Part shown: one piece after another, positions 38,545 to 48,823 of the stretch
How positions within the stretch are numbered: position 1 is the first letter of the stretch
Layout of the letters: each line of letters begins with the position of its first letter
DNA from: Monocercomonoides exilis PA203
Lineage: Eukaryota > Protista > Preaxostyla
Assembly: GCA_001643675.2 (NCBI GenBank)
Contig: LSRY02000013.1
Coordinates: 434,001-498,000, forward strand
Reading direction: 5' to 3'
DNA length: 64,000 bases
Made by a program: the position numbers and the translations under genes
The notes under the pieces: model-generated
What the model was told of the DNA's origin: nothing
Databases searched by the model: none
What the model saw: the letters and a program-made list of their open reading frames with translations, nothing else

Positions 38545-38652
38545 TGAAATCCCTCATTCTCTTCTCTCCTCTGATCTTAAACCCTCATAACTAGCACCTT
38601 GCCGTGCGGCGGATGACCAGAGGGACTGCGGCTGAAGGTGCGGCCTCTATCC

Positions 38653-41600
38653 CTACTCCCTCCCCCTCTTGCGCTGTCTTCGGGGGGTTCTCGATCGGGT
38701 CTTCTGTACCTGAGCGGGCATGACAATTTGTCCTATGCTTCTCTCTCCGCGTTTCCTCCGATCGGTCTCGAGTTTCTTCTGCAAGGCAGGTTGTCTGCCC
38801 TCCGCCAGCTCCATGATGCTGCGGGGAATTATGGAAGGTGTCTCATCACCCCTGGTGGGTTGTGTTATATCGTCCTCCTGCTGCGAACTCTTCTCTCGAG
38901 TCGACCCTTGTCTCTTCGAATTCTTTCTCTTGCACGTCTCCGCTTCTCCCCCAGATTGTGATGTTTCTTCAGGATACTCCTTTGTTTCAGATTCTGTATT
39001 CTCATTTGAAATCTCTTTTCCTTTGCTGTCCTTCTCCGACTTTCCTCCCTTCTCTGCCAGGGGTACTGGGCCACCGATTGTCTCCAGGATCCATCTCGTG
39101 TCCTGAACTGGTAACACGGTGTAATACTCCTGGGCTACTCTAGAGCCTGGCGCCCATCTCGCGTACGCATTGATTGCTTTCCAATCTGCAGCCTGTTGTC
39201 TAGCCAAATGTGTTATCACAGCGTGTCTTATCGAGTACGCGGTAAATGTGTCGGGTATTCCGTTCTCTCTCAAGACAGCCACTAATTCTTCCTTAATCCT
39301 CTGCAAGTTTGCAGGTTGCCTCTCCTTGATGTCGAACCACACATGTTCGTCTCTAAAGGTTGTCTTTATATAATCCATCCAACGTTGGAGTGCTACAACC
39401 GCATCGATACTTGGGTTTGGGTGCTTATTTATAATAACCTTAACAGTCTCTCCCCCTGATGTTTTCGTTCGTACTTGTGTCTGGACTAAATCCTCTTTAA
39501 TTATCGTTGTCTCTCTTCTCATCCTCTCCAGCTCTGCTGGCCTTAACGCACCAAATATCATAGTTAGAACGAGAGCCCTCCTCTGGAGGGTCTGTGGGTC
39601 TTTCATATCGTGAGTGGCTTCAGCCCATTTTGTGATAATTGTCAAGTCCCACATCGATTTGTATCGTTTTCCTCTTCTTGGTTTCTCCCCCACATAGGTC
39701 TTTAGAAATATCTCTATGTCTTTCACGTCAACCTTAGTCTCTCTGAAGAGGTTAATAGAATCCAGCACTTTCCGTACTGTCTGATTTATCACTCCGCTTG
39801 AGAGGTTTGTATTCGAGAGTGTTTCAATGAACTCCGCCATAATCCACTTTGCATCTCTGTTTGTGAGGGGGTCAGTGTCATCCATGCTCTCTCTATCCAG
39901 GAACTGCTTGAATCTTCGCAGCGCTCTCCACGTATCTCTTTCGCTCTTTTGATTTCTAAGTATTGCTGCTGCTATTTCTTTTGCTCCAACGTGTTCTCCC
40001 CATGTTAAGAAGAGGTCTCTCCCCTGAATATTCTCTTCTCCAGTATAACGCTTATAACCTCTCCTGGGGGTAATTTCCAGCCTTCCTTCCTCATCTTCGC
40101 TCCCGGTATCATGCACTCCTGAAAGGTCCCTAGGGTCTTTATCGAATGCCCAGGCTGCAGTAGCGGGGTCCAGGTCTGCCCCCGCCAGGCTGGTAGAATC
40201 AGAATCGTCAGATCCCTCTGAGCCTCGTTCATCTTCTCTTTCATCACTCGTCCAATGTTTCTCAGGAACGGGTGGACTAGCACTATGTCGTCTTCTGGTG
40301 TTCCTCTCTCTTTCTTCCTTCTCACGGAGGATAGTCTCCAAGTACTTCCGCAGGGCACCGGCACAAACTGTTCTGAAATTGTATCTAGTGTTCTCGGTGC
40401 GATTGTCTGTAATATCTCTGCGACTTTCTTCCCCCTCAGTGCATAGTCCGGCTTTTTCGCCATCCGGCTGAGTGCATCTGCTTCCGTGTTCTGCTCTCCC
40501 GGGAGGTGTTCCGTTTGTATTGTCAAGTCCAGGCTGTTCAGTTTCTTCTCCAATGCTCTCAGTGTTGGGATAAGCGATGGCGCTCCTCTTTTCTTCTGGA
40601 TTGTCCATCTCGTGGACATGTTGTCTGTCTTCAGACGAATATGATCTATCTTCTGTTCTTTCAGCCATGCTCCTTTCCTCTCCAAAGTCCTCAACACTGC
40701 TCTGGACTCCTTTTCGTTTATCGCTAATGCGCTCTCCTGGAGGGTCCAACTCCCGTGGACATATATCTTCTCCTCCTTGTTCTCTGTTGGTATTGTCAAT
40801 ACTGCACCCCATCCCAGCTCTGAAGCGTCTGTTGTTAGCTCTGCTGGTGTGTTCCTTCTCTTCAGACTCCTTGGTCTGTTCTCTCGCAGAGTTTTCCTCC
40901 AATGTGTTAGTTCTCCTAACATCATTGGGTTGGGTATCACGATCCCCTTCCAGCCTCCGCGGGCTATTGCATGCCTCAGCACGTATTGCATGCGCTTCAT
41001 CCACAAGCTCGCTGGTGGGTGTTGTAACCTCACAAAATTCAGCCTCCCGAGGAGTGCTGCTAGGTCCCTCGTCTTTTGTCTCCTCCTCTTCTTTGCATGT
41101 GCTATCCACTTTCGCACATCCTCCAGGAGCAGCACTCTCTTCCTCTCTTGGAGCGTCACTTCCATCTTCTCTGAATTCCAACTCCATCCCAAAAATTCCA
41201 CGCTCCTTGCGGGTTCTAGTTTCAGCTTCTCCTCCGACAGTATCCAGCCCAGATTTCTCAGGAACTGGGCTATCTCCTGTGAGATCGATCTCAATGCATC
41301 CCTGTCTGGGTGCATGAGGAGGATGTCGTCCAGATATATCACCGGCTTTACCTTCCAATGTTCTCTGATATATGACGCTGCCCGTCTCATTATCTTCGTG
41401 AATACTCTGGGCGCGTCCTTTGCTCCAAATGGCATCCCCACGTAAGTGTAGCATTGCTTTTGGAAGCTGAAGCACAGAAAGGGACTGAACTGCTCGTCCA
41501 CTTTGACATGTTGATAAGCACTCGATATGTCGAGCGTGGTCATCCAATCGTTCTCCTCCAGGAGTTCTACAACTGTCTCCTGGGAATCCATCTTGAAGTG

Positions 41601-42609
41601 TTTCCCTAGCACTTCCTCGTTTAAACTTCTGCAATCCAGGATCTTTCTCCACTTTCCGTTCTTCTTCCGGACCATAAATGTCGGGTTGAACCACTTTACC
41701 TCCGACTCCTGTATGGGTTTCACCACTCCTTCTTTCACTTCCTCCTCTAAGAGGGATAAATAATTGTTTGTCATCTCTGTTGTTCCCCGAAATTCTTGTC
41801 TGTGTTTTCTCTCCTCGAGTGAGATTGGGGATTGGGGACTCCTCCATCGTGCTTTTATACCACGGCTCACTAATTTGTCTCCCCCAATCTTCCTCCACTC
41901 GTTCAGCCTGTTCACCAGTCTCCCAGGAAGTGGCTCCTTCGGTGGTCCCACTGTTACGCAACTCCCCACTTCTGGTGTCCTTTGACCAGTCTGTATCTGT
42001 GCGGTCTCTTTCCCTTCGAGAGTATCTGCAGTAGCTATCTTCCAGCTCTCCTCCAGGACGCTCCCAATTAGGGACTCGATAACAGTCCCAGAAGCTCTCA
42101 AGGCTCTCTTCACTACCTCCCTCTCGGTTTCCTGATCGTTCATCTGTACTGTCCCGTGGGGATGTACGGAGTCTTCCTCTGTGTTTACTCTCCCTGTTCC
42201 CATTTCGCAATCTATCGAGCTTTCTATCTCTATCCTCTTCTTTTGGTCGGAAGGGCTCAATGCCTCTTCGTTGCTCTCGCAGACTTCCCAGGGTTCCTCC
42301 CCTGTGCTTGTCTGTCGATTGATTGGGGCCTCCCGTAGTACTGTCATTCCCCTGAACTCTGACAGCGTCATGTCCGTCCCTGTCTCGCGGCAAAGCGCGG
42401 CTCTCTCTTCTCTCTCTGTCTCGCGGCAAAGCGCGGCTCTCTCTTCTCTCTCTGTCTCGCGGCAAAGCGCGGCTCTCTCTTCTCTCTCTGTCTCGCGGCA
42501 AAGCGCGGCTCTCTCTTCTCTCTCTGTCTCGCGGCAAAGCGCGGCTCTCTCTTCTCTCTCTGTCTCGCGGCAAAGCGCGGCTCTCTCTTCTCTCTCTGTC
42601 TCGCGGCAA
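38653..42609 (-). CDS. DIRS tyrosine recombinase ORF (YR domain ~39100-39960; N-terminal part overlaps the RT ORF in another frame)
   Basis: GALRPAEL (R), RTKTSG (K), YSIRHA (HxxR variant), ARWAPGSRVAQEYY (W...catalytic Y). Confidence 0.88.
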   Translation of the reverse strand: MPRDRERRESRALPRDRERRESRALPRDRERRESRALPRDRERRESRALPRDRERRESRALPRDRERRESRALPRDRDGHDAVRVQGNDSTTGGPNQSTDKHRGGTLGSLREQRRGIEPFRPKEEDRDRKLDRLRNGNRESKHRGRLRTSPRDSTDERSGNREGGSEESLESFWDCYRVPNWERPGGELEDSYCRYSRRERDRTDTDWSKDTRSGELRNSGTTEGATSWETGEQAERVEEDWGRQISEPWYKSTMEESPIPNLTRGEKTQTRISGNNRDDKQLFIPLRGGSERRSGETHTGVGGKVVQPDIYGPEEERKVEKDPGLQKFKRGSARETLQDGFPGDSCRTPGGERLDDHARHIECLSTCQSGRAVQSLSVLQLPKAMLHLRGDAIWSKGRAQSIHEDNETGSVIYQRTLEGKAGDISGRHPPHAPRQGCIEIDLTGDSPVPEKSGLDTVGGEAETRTRKERGIFGMELEFREDGSDAPREEESAAPGGCAKVDSTCKEEEETKDEGPSSTPREAEFCEVTTPTSELVDEAHAIRAEACNSPRRLEGDRDTQPNDVRRTNTLEENSAREQTKESEEKEHTSRANNRRFRAGMGCSIDNTNREQGGEDICPRELDPPGERISDKRKGVQSSVEDFGEERSMAERTEDRSYSSEDRQHVHEMDNPEEKRSAIAYPNTESIGEETEQPGLDNTNGTPPGRAEHGSRCTQPDGEKAGLCTEGEESRRDITDNRTENTRYNFRTVCAGALRKYLETILREKEERERNTRRRHSASPPVPEKHWTSDEREDERGSEGSDDSDSTSLAGADLDPATAAWAFDKDPRDLSGVHDTGSEDEEGRLEITPRRGYKRYTGEENIQGRDLFLTWGEHVGAKEIAAAILRNQKSERDTWRALRRFKQFLDRESMDDTDPLTNRDAKWIMAEFIETLSNTNLSSGVINQTVRKVLDSINLFRETKVDVKDIEIFLKTYVGEKPRRGKRYKSMWDLTIITKWAEATHDMKDPQTLQRRALVLTMIFGALRPAELERMRRETTIIKEDLVQTQVRTKTSGGETVKVIINKHPNPSIDAVVALQRWMDYIKTTFRDEHVWFDIKERQPANLQRIKEELVAVLRENGIPDTFTAYSIRHAVITHLARQQAADWKAINAYARWAPGSRVAQEYYTVLPVQDTRWILETIGGPVPLAEKGGKSEKDSKGKEISNENTESETKEYPEETSQSGGEAETCKRKNSKRQGSTREKSSQQEDDITQPTRGDETPSIIPRSIMELAEGRQPALQKKLETDRRKRGERSIGQIVMPAQVQKTRSRTPRRQRKRGRE
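40005..42371 (-). CDS. DIRS reverse transcriptase - RNase H - methyltransferase-like ORF
   Basis: KWRKILDCRSLN, LDISSAY, GMPFG..APRVFTK, IYLDD; RNase H TDASELGWG, INEKE, TDN, HLPG.QN..ADALSR; MT-like HP...ILPAW..Q.W. Confidence 0.95.
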   Translation of the reverse strand: MTLSEFRGMTVLREAPINRQTSTGEEPWEVCESNEEALSPSDQKKRIEIESSIDCEMGTGRVNTEEDSVHPHGTVQMNDQETEREVVKRALRASGTVIESLIGSVLEESWKIATADTLEGKETAQIQTGQRTPEVGSCVTVGPPKEPLPGRLVNRLNEWRKIGGDKLVSRGIKARWRSPQSPISLEERKHRQEFRGTTEMTNNYLSLLEEEVKEGVVKPIQESEVKWFNPTFMVRKKNGKWRKILDCRSLNEEVLGKHFKMDSQETVVELLEENDWMTTLDISSAYQHVKVDEQFSPFLCFSFQKQCYTYVGMPFGAKDAPRVFTKIMRRAASYIREHWKVKPVIYLDDILLMHPDRDALRSISQEIAQFLRNLGWILSEEKLKLEPARSVEFLGWSWNSEKMEVTLQERKRVLLLEDVRKWIAHAKKRRRQKTRDLAALLGRLNFVRLQHPPASLWMKRMQYVLRHAIARGGWKGIVIPNPMMLGELTHWRKTLRENRPRSLKRRNTPAELTTDASELGWGAVLTIPTENKEEKIYVHGSWTLQESALAINEKESRAVLRTLERKGAWLKEQKIDHIRLKTDNMSTRWTIQKKRGAPSLIPTLRALEKKLNSLDLTIQTEHLPGEQNTEADALSRMAKKPDYALRGKKVAEILQTIAPRTLDTISEQFVPVPCGSTWRLSSVRRKKERGTPEDDIVLVHPFLRNIGRVMKEKMNEAQRDLTILILPAWRGQTWTPLLQPGHSIKTLGTFQECMIPGAKMRKEGWKLPPGEVISVILEKRIFRGETSS

Positions 42610-44634
42610 AGCGCGGCTCTCTCTTCTCTATCTGTCTCGCGGCAAAGCGCGGCTCTCTCTTCTCTCTCTGTCTCGCGGCAAAGCGCGGCTCTCTCTTCTC
42701 TCTCTGTCTCGCGGCAAAGCGCGGCTCTCTCTTCTCTCTCTGTCTCGCGGCAAAGCGCGGCTCTCTCTTCTCTCTCTGTCTCGCGGCAAAGCGCGGCTCT
42801 CTCTTCTCTCTCTGTCTCGCGGCAAAGCGCGGCTCTCTCTTCTCTCTCTGTCTCGCGGCAAAGCGCGGCTCTCTCTTCTCTCTCTGTCTCGCGGCGAAGC
42901 GCGGTTCTCTCTTCTCTATCTGTCTCGCGGCAAAGCGCGGCTCTCTCTTCTCTCTCTGTCTCGCGGCAAAGCGCGGCTCTCTCTTCTCTCTCTGTCTCGC
43001 GGCAAAGCGCGGCTCTCTCTTCTCTATCTGTCTCGCGGCAAAGCGCGGCTCTCTCTTCTCTCTCTGTCTCGCGGCAAAGCGCGGCTCTCTCTTCTCTATC
43101 TGTCTCGCGGCAAAGCGCGGCTCTCTCTTCTCTCTCTGTCTCGCGGCAAAGCGCGGCTCTCTCTTCTCTCTCTGTCTCGCGGCGAAGCGCGGTTCTCTCT
43201 TCTCTATCTGTCTCGCGGCGAAGCGCGGTTCTCTCTTCTCTATCTGTCTCGCGGCAAAGCGCGGCTCTCTCTTCTCTCTCTGTCTCGCGGCGAAGCGCGG
43301 TTCTCTCTTCTCTATCTGTCTCGCGGCAAAGCGCGGCTCTCTCTTCTCTCTCTGTCTCGCGGCAAAGCGCGGCTCTCTCTTCTCTCTCTGTCTCGCGGCA
43401 AAGCGCGGCTCTCTCTTCTCTCTCTGTCTCGCGGCGAAGCGCGGTTCTCTCTTCTCTATCTGTCTCGCGGCAAAGCGCGGCTCTCTCTTCTCTCTCTGTC
43501 TCGCGGCAAAGCGCGGCTCTCTCTTCTCTCTCTGTCTCGCGGCAAAGCGCGGCTCTCTCTTCTCTCTCTGTCTCGCGGCGAAGCGCGGCTCTCTTCTCTC
43601 TCTGTCTCGCGGCGAAGCGCGGCTCTCTTCTCTATCTGTCTCGCGGCAAAGCGCGGCTCTCTCTTCTCTCTCTGTCTCGCGGCGAAGCGCGGTTCTCTCT
43701 TCTCTATCTGTCTCGCGGCAAAGCGCGGCTCTCTCTTCTCTCTCTGTCTCGCGGCAAAGCGCGGCTCTCTCTTCTCTCTCTGTCTCGCGGCAAAGCGCGG
43801 CTCTCTCTTCTCTCTCTGTCTCGCGGCGAAGCGCGGTTCTCTCTTCTCTATCTGTCTCGCGGCAAAGCGCGGCTCTCTCTTCTCTCTCTGTCTCGCGGCG
43901 AAGCGCGGTTCTCTCTTCTCTCTCTGTCTCGCGGCAAAGCGCGGCTCTCTCTTCTCTCTCTGTCTCGCGGCAAAGCGCGGTTCTCTCTTCTCTCTCTGTC
44001 TCGCGGCAAAGCGCGGCTCTCTCTTCTCTATCTGTCTCGCGGCAAAGCGCGGCTCTCTCTTCTCTCTCTGTCTCGCGGCAAAGCGCGGCTCTCTCTTCTC
44101 TCTCTGTCTCGCGGCAAAGCGCGGCTCTCTCTTCTCTCTCTGTCTCGCGGCAAAGCGCGGCTCTCTCTTCTCTCTCTGTCTCGCGGCGAAGCGCGGTTCT
44201 CTCTTCTCTATCTGTCTCGCGGCAAAGCGCGGCTCTCTCTTCTCTCTCTGTCTCGCGGCGAAGCGCGGCTCTCTCTTCTCTCTCTGTCTCGCGGCGAAGC
44301 GCGGTTCTCTCTTCTCTATCTGTCTCGCGGCAAAGCGCGGCTCTCTCTTCTCTATCTGTCTCGCGGCAAAGCGCGGCTCTCTCTTCTCTCTCTGTCTCGC
44401 GGCAAAGCGCGGCTCTCTCTTCTCTCTCTGTCTCGCGGCAAAGCGCGGCTCTCTCTTCTCTCTCTGTCTCGCGGCAAAGCGCGGTTCTCTCTTCTCTATC
44501 TGTCTCGCGGCAAAGCGCGGCTCTCTCTTCTCTCTCTGTCTCGCGGCGAAGCGCGGTTCTCTCTTCTCTATCTGTCTCGCGGCAAAGCGCGGCTCTCTCT
44601 TCTCTCTCTGTCTCGCGGCGAAACGCGGCTCTTT
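42381..44634. repeat. Tandem minisatellite inside DIRS, 36-bp unit x ~62
   Basis: Unit TGTCTCGCGGC(A/G)AAGCGCGG(C/T)TCTCTCTTCTCT(C/A)TC; two 34-bp units at ~43569-43636. Confidence 0.95.
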
Positions 44635-45888
44635 CTACGCCCACTGGCTCGTTCCAGAAGATGTTCCTGCTGCTGATTCTCCCTGTGTCCTCGGGGGGGC
44701 TGGAGGAAGGGGGACTGTGAGCGAGGGGGCTCTCCCAGCTGTTGCTGGGGCCTGTTGTGGTCGAGTTTGTGTTGACCTCCTTCTTTGTTTGAAATTTGAG
44801 AAGCTTCCTTCGAAACCTTGCTTCTGGAATTGTCTGTAGGCAAAACCTTGAGCGTTCCTGCCTGTGCTGTACCTCCCTGAGCGCCCGCCCCTGAGTGGGG
44901 CGAGGCCGAAGGTTGTGGGAGAAGCGGGGGATGCTCCATATCCTGGAGCATCCCCCCCTGGACGAAAAAAGCTGGTGCTATCCACCAGTCTCCTGAAACT
45001 CTCTGGGATGTCCTTGGACATTCCCCCATCCAGAAAACACTTCACGTTCTCCCAGCTTGACTGAGGGATAACTTTCAGCAAGTTTATGCGGCTAATACAG
45101 TCTGCTATTAGGGCGTAGGCGCAAAAGAGCCCCCTCAGTCGCTCTTTCTCTTCTTCCTCTAGGCGTGTCTTTTTCAATTCTCTTATAGTGAGGGCTGCAA
45201 TCGCCTTCGCGGCTTCAAACCCCGATTCCAGGGCGGGCTGAAGCAGCTCGATAACCCGAGCGGCTTCTGGAGAGTCTTTTCTTCCCTCAGCAGTGACCCC
45301 CGTCACTGCTAAGGCGTTCCAACTGATGTCAGTGTGTCTTGTAAAAAAGTTCTTCTCCGTCTCCGGGATAAAGGTGTTCAGGATGTCATCATTTATCCTG
45401 ATAGATCCGGCTTTGCAAAAGTCCATGAATCTCTTCAGTTCTCCTGCTTGTCTCCTAGGCGTTAACCATTCGTCTGGGAAAATTCCCAAGAAGTCTTCGG
45501 ATCTATCTTGCTCTTCTTCCCGCTTTTCTGTGTTTTCGGAATCGCTCTCGCTGGTTTCTACATCGTCCCATTTCTTCATCTGGTTACGTCCGCGACTGCC
45601 CCTCAATCGCTGTCTGTGTCTCTTCTTTGCGATCATCTCTGTGTCATCAGATTCGGACTCAGATTCGCTTGATCCCGATAGAGATCTTCCTCTTGGTCGT
45701 TCCCTCTTCGTCTTTCTCACTGGTAATATTCCTACTGCTCCCGAGCGGCTCGGAACTGCTCGACTTCTCGCCATTTCCTCAATCAAATTTTCTACTCTTG
45801 AAAGTCTAATTGCAAGATCAAATCCTCTGTCCTCACTGTTACTGGTTTCCATTCTTACAGGATCCTGTGTCATTATTACTGCGGACAA
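44635..45888 (-). CDS. DIRS ORF1 (gag-like)
   Basis: 417-aa ORF just inside the 5' ITR, in the gag position, with a helical core and a G/R/Q-rich tail. Confidence 0.7.
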   Translation of the reverse strand: MSAVIMTQDPVRMETSNSEDRGFDLAIRLSRVENLIEEMARSRAVPSRSGAVGILPVRKTKRERPRGRSLSGSSESESESDDTEMIAKKRHRQRLRGSRGRNQMKKWDDVETSESDSENTEKREEEQDRSEDFLGIFPDEWLTPRRQAGELKRFMDFCKAGSIRINDDILNTFIPETEKNFFTRHTDISWNALAVTGVTAEGRKDSPEAARVIELLQPALESGFEAAKAIAALTIRELKKTRLEEEEKERLRGLFCAYALIADCISRINLLKVIPQSSWENVKCFLDGGMSKDIPESFRRLVDSTSFFRPGGDAPGYGASPASPTTFGLAPLRGGRSGRYSTGRNAQGFAYRQFQKQGFEGSFSNFKQRRRSTQTRPQQAPATAGRAPSLTVPLPPAPPRTQGESAAGTSSGTSQWA

Positions 45889-48745
45889 TGGTGTGTAACA
45901 AAGGTTTATTTGTTAGCGAAGTTTGATCTTAAACCACCCATAATTTAAGATCAAACTCATTATTGAGGAGCAAACCTGCTCCTTGCGTTCGTATATTCGC
46001 TCTATTGCGAATTGTCACTTTTCGTTTCTCTTCTTCCATTTCATCTTTCTTCTTTTCTTTCAATTTACTTGAAACTCCCGAAAAGAATTGCAAGCTATGA
46101 AATACAATTATGTAATCTATTGTTGCACGTTGAATTTCCTCTAAAACCACATCAACTGCCCCTCCATTCAACAAATCACTTATTTGAAAAGCTTTGATTT
46201 TCGCAGAAATTCTAAATAAAAAAATGCTCCGGTACCAAATTTCTCTGAAGTTATCCTTCGCTGCTCTAAATAACTGAGCAATCATACCAATAAGCAAAGC
46301 AAAGTCTTCGCTCCACAATTTGCACTTGTTGAAGAAATTCCTCAATATTTGCAACCATCTCACCAGAATGATCTCTTCTTTTGCTTCTTTTTCTCCTTCC
46401 TCTTCTCTTTTCTCTCTCTTCCAATCCACTCTTCTTGTCAGCTTTTTAAATTCCCTTGTTGCCTCTCTCGCGAAATGCAGTTTATTCACAATCACTTCTT
46501 CTAAGCTTTTGTCAACGTTCAATCTGTTGATTAGAAACTACCAAGAAGACTGATACGCAAGTTGACTCAGATTTCGATGTTCCTGATGATATTCAATAAC
46601 TTCTTTAATTTCATTCAAGAAAAGTTCTCTTTCAACCTTCTATTCAAATTAAAGAAAACATTTCAACAAGAAAGGTTTGACAATTCAACAAAGGGATAAA
46701 CAAATAAATCATACATCACCCTGCCAAATGTTGGTCAAAGCCAGAAAAGCCATTTCCACTTCTTTTTGAACTTCCTCGCTTTCCTCTTTTCTCAATGCAA
46801 CTTTCAGAAGACAAGGCACACATATTGAAACCAATTCGTTTGGCAGGATACCTAAACCATTATGCAGCATCAAATAGCATTCACATCGTCCAACAAGAAG
46901 ATTTTCGTTTTTCCCATATATTTTTTTTGTTCTCTTCAATTATCATCCTTTCAAATCTTTCACACAAAGAAAATTCTTCAAAGAATACGTTCCATATTCT
47001 TTTTAGAACTTTGCAACATCCAAGATACTTCAACAATAATAATGTATTTTCCATTGTTATTTTCTTTTCTTCAATCATTTCATGAATTTTGTTGAAATTT
47101 TTTGTCGTAAAAACAGTTTCGAATTCATTTTCATCCATTCCATCAATTACTTCATTCATTTCTTCGATTTTCAGTCTTTGATCTTCCTCGTTACAATGTT
47201 CAATCTCAGAAAATAATTCTTCATTAAAAAAAATAAAAATTTAAAGTCGCAGCAATCAAGAATTCAAATGCAATAACGATTACATGCCTATAAAATTTTT
47301 TTGTGTCGTTCGTCTGAGTTTTTGAAAATTCATTGCAGTGAGAAATTCATGTTGTTTTTATCATTCAAATTGAATGTTTATATCATTGATTGTAGAAATT
47401 GGTGCAAGTTTAAACTTAAAGCAACCATGAAAATATCTGCGTTTATACTATTTTTTCTTTTGTTGACATACCGGCAAAGGATTATGAAGAGAAACAATTC
47501 TTTATCCTTTTGTCTTTATTTGTAATGGTTATAATGATCGAATAATAATCTTTGAACGGGACTATCCTTTGGAATGACGAGAGATCAGCGAACGAATATT
47601 TTCTGCAGGATAGATGTTATTATTTTGTGTGGTTGTACGAGACAGCAACAGCGGGAAATTGATTTTGGAATTGGGGGAGATGATTTTTATGAAAATCGTC
47701 TCTAAAAGAAAGTTCTTTTTCCAAAATAACATATGAAAGTTATGATGTGTGCATTTTTTATTGTTCTTGTTCATTTTGAAGATGCTTCCCTCTGTGGTCT
47801 TCTCAGAGTAGAGAATCTGATAAATTATATAAATGGCCATTCTTTTGCTTTCCCGAGGAGAACATCAGAAGAGAGCTGGATACCGAGATGCAATCAGCAG
47901 ATAGGAAATGCATGTTTTTACTGTTCACTTGAGAGAGGGTGAGAAAATATATTCGATTTCAAAGCATTTGGAAGAGAGGAAAAAAAGAAGAATGTTAACA
48001 TTTGAACAGCACTTGGAAAGAAAAGAATTTTTTCGATATAAAAGTGGATGGCAACATCTAAAGCAGGATGTTTGTGAGGGAAAAAAAGGATGAAAGGAGA
48101 AAGGAGTACTGGGAAACTATGTAAATGAAGATTGACAGCATCTGTTATTGGACAATCCTCTGCATTTGCAATAGGGAGGGTGTATGTGTTCTTTTGAGGA
48201 ATTTTTATTATCAATTCAAAACTAATTATTTTTATGTATTTATTAAATCATTTTTCCATTCCAGCAAACAGCATTTTTTATGTTGAGCACCATTCCCAGA
48301 GACAATTCATTTAAAGTTACATTTTGCAGATTATATAATTTCTTCTCATTCTCCTTCGTTTTCTTCATTGACGATATTTTTTTAAATTTGGCTGATGAAA
48401 AGAACATCTTCTTCTTATTTGAGAACTTGTTGTTTGAAATTCCATCAAATTCTGATGTTGCAACATGGATTGGATCAATCTTCTGTTGTTACTTTTGGAC
48501 ATTACGAAATTCGAATCTGTTCATTTTGTCTGCATTTTCTTCTGTTGAGTCTTGTCCTCCTTTGTCATTTAGCTCGTCCAAAGAGCATAATCGAACTCAT
48601 TTTATTCCATTTCTCTTTCAGTTTCTTTTTCTTTCTTTCTTTCGTTTTTTCTTTATATCTGCTGCTGCAAGAATTCTGTTTGCAAAAGCATTTTTTGGAT
48701 TGAATTCTGATCAATTAACAACTTAAGCATCATATTCGTTATCGT

Positions 48746-48754
48746 CTTCTTTTT

Positions 48755-48811
<57 letters not shown>

Positions 48812-48823
48812 TTCTTCTTCTTC
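48746..48823. repeat. (TTTC)n/(TTC)n microsatellite
   Basis: Direct reading. Confidence 0.9.

Larger units (their letters stand above)
37788..46014 (-). mobile_element. DIRS1-type tyrosine-recombinase retrotransposon, full length (~8.2 kb)
   Basis: Imperfect ITRs at 37788-37854 and 45931-46014; ICR at 38447-38544; gag, RT-RH-MT and YR ORFs; GC-rich relative to the host; TTG at both junctions. Confidence 0.93.
37645..47220 (-). pseudogene. Member of an uncharacterised helical multigene family, interrupted by the DIRS element (pieces ~47220-46012 and 37790-37645)
   Basis: Removing the DIRS element restores EEEKRKVT-TKEIFEKMEEEGYEDNITSFYEIFD...ISYYFVNA* in frame. The upstream part has a frameshift near 46900 and an in-frame TAG (AYQSSW*FL). 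Confidence 0.75.

Noticed and set aside
42381-44634. 36-bp repeat array as a CRISPR array
   Set aside because: Units are head-to-tail with no unique spacers, there are no cas genes, and the context is a eukaryotic retroelement.
42181-44676. 831-aa plus-strand ORF
   Set aside because: Antisense shadow of the frame-preserving minisatellite.
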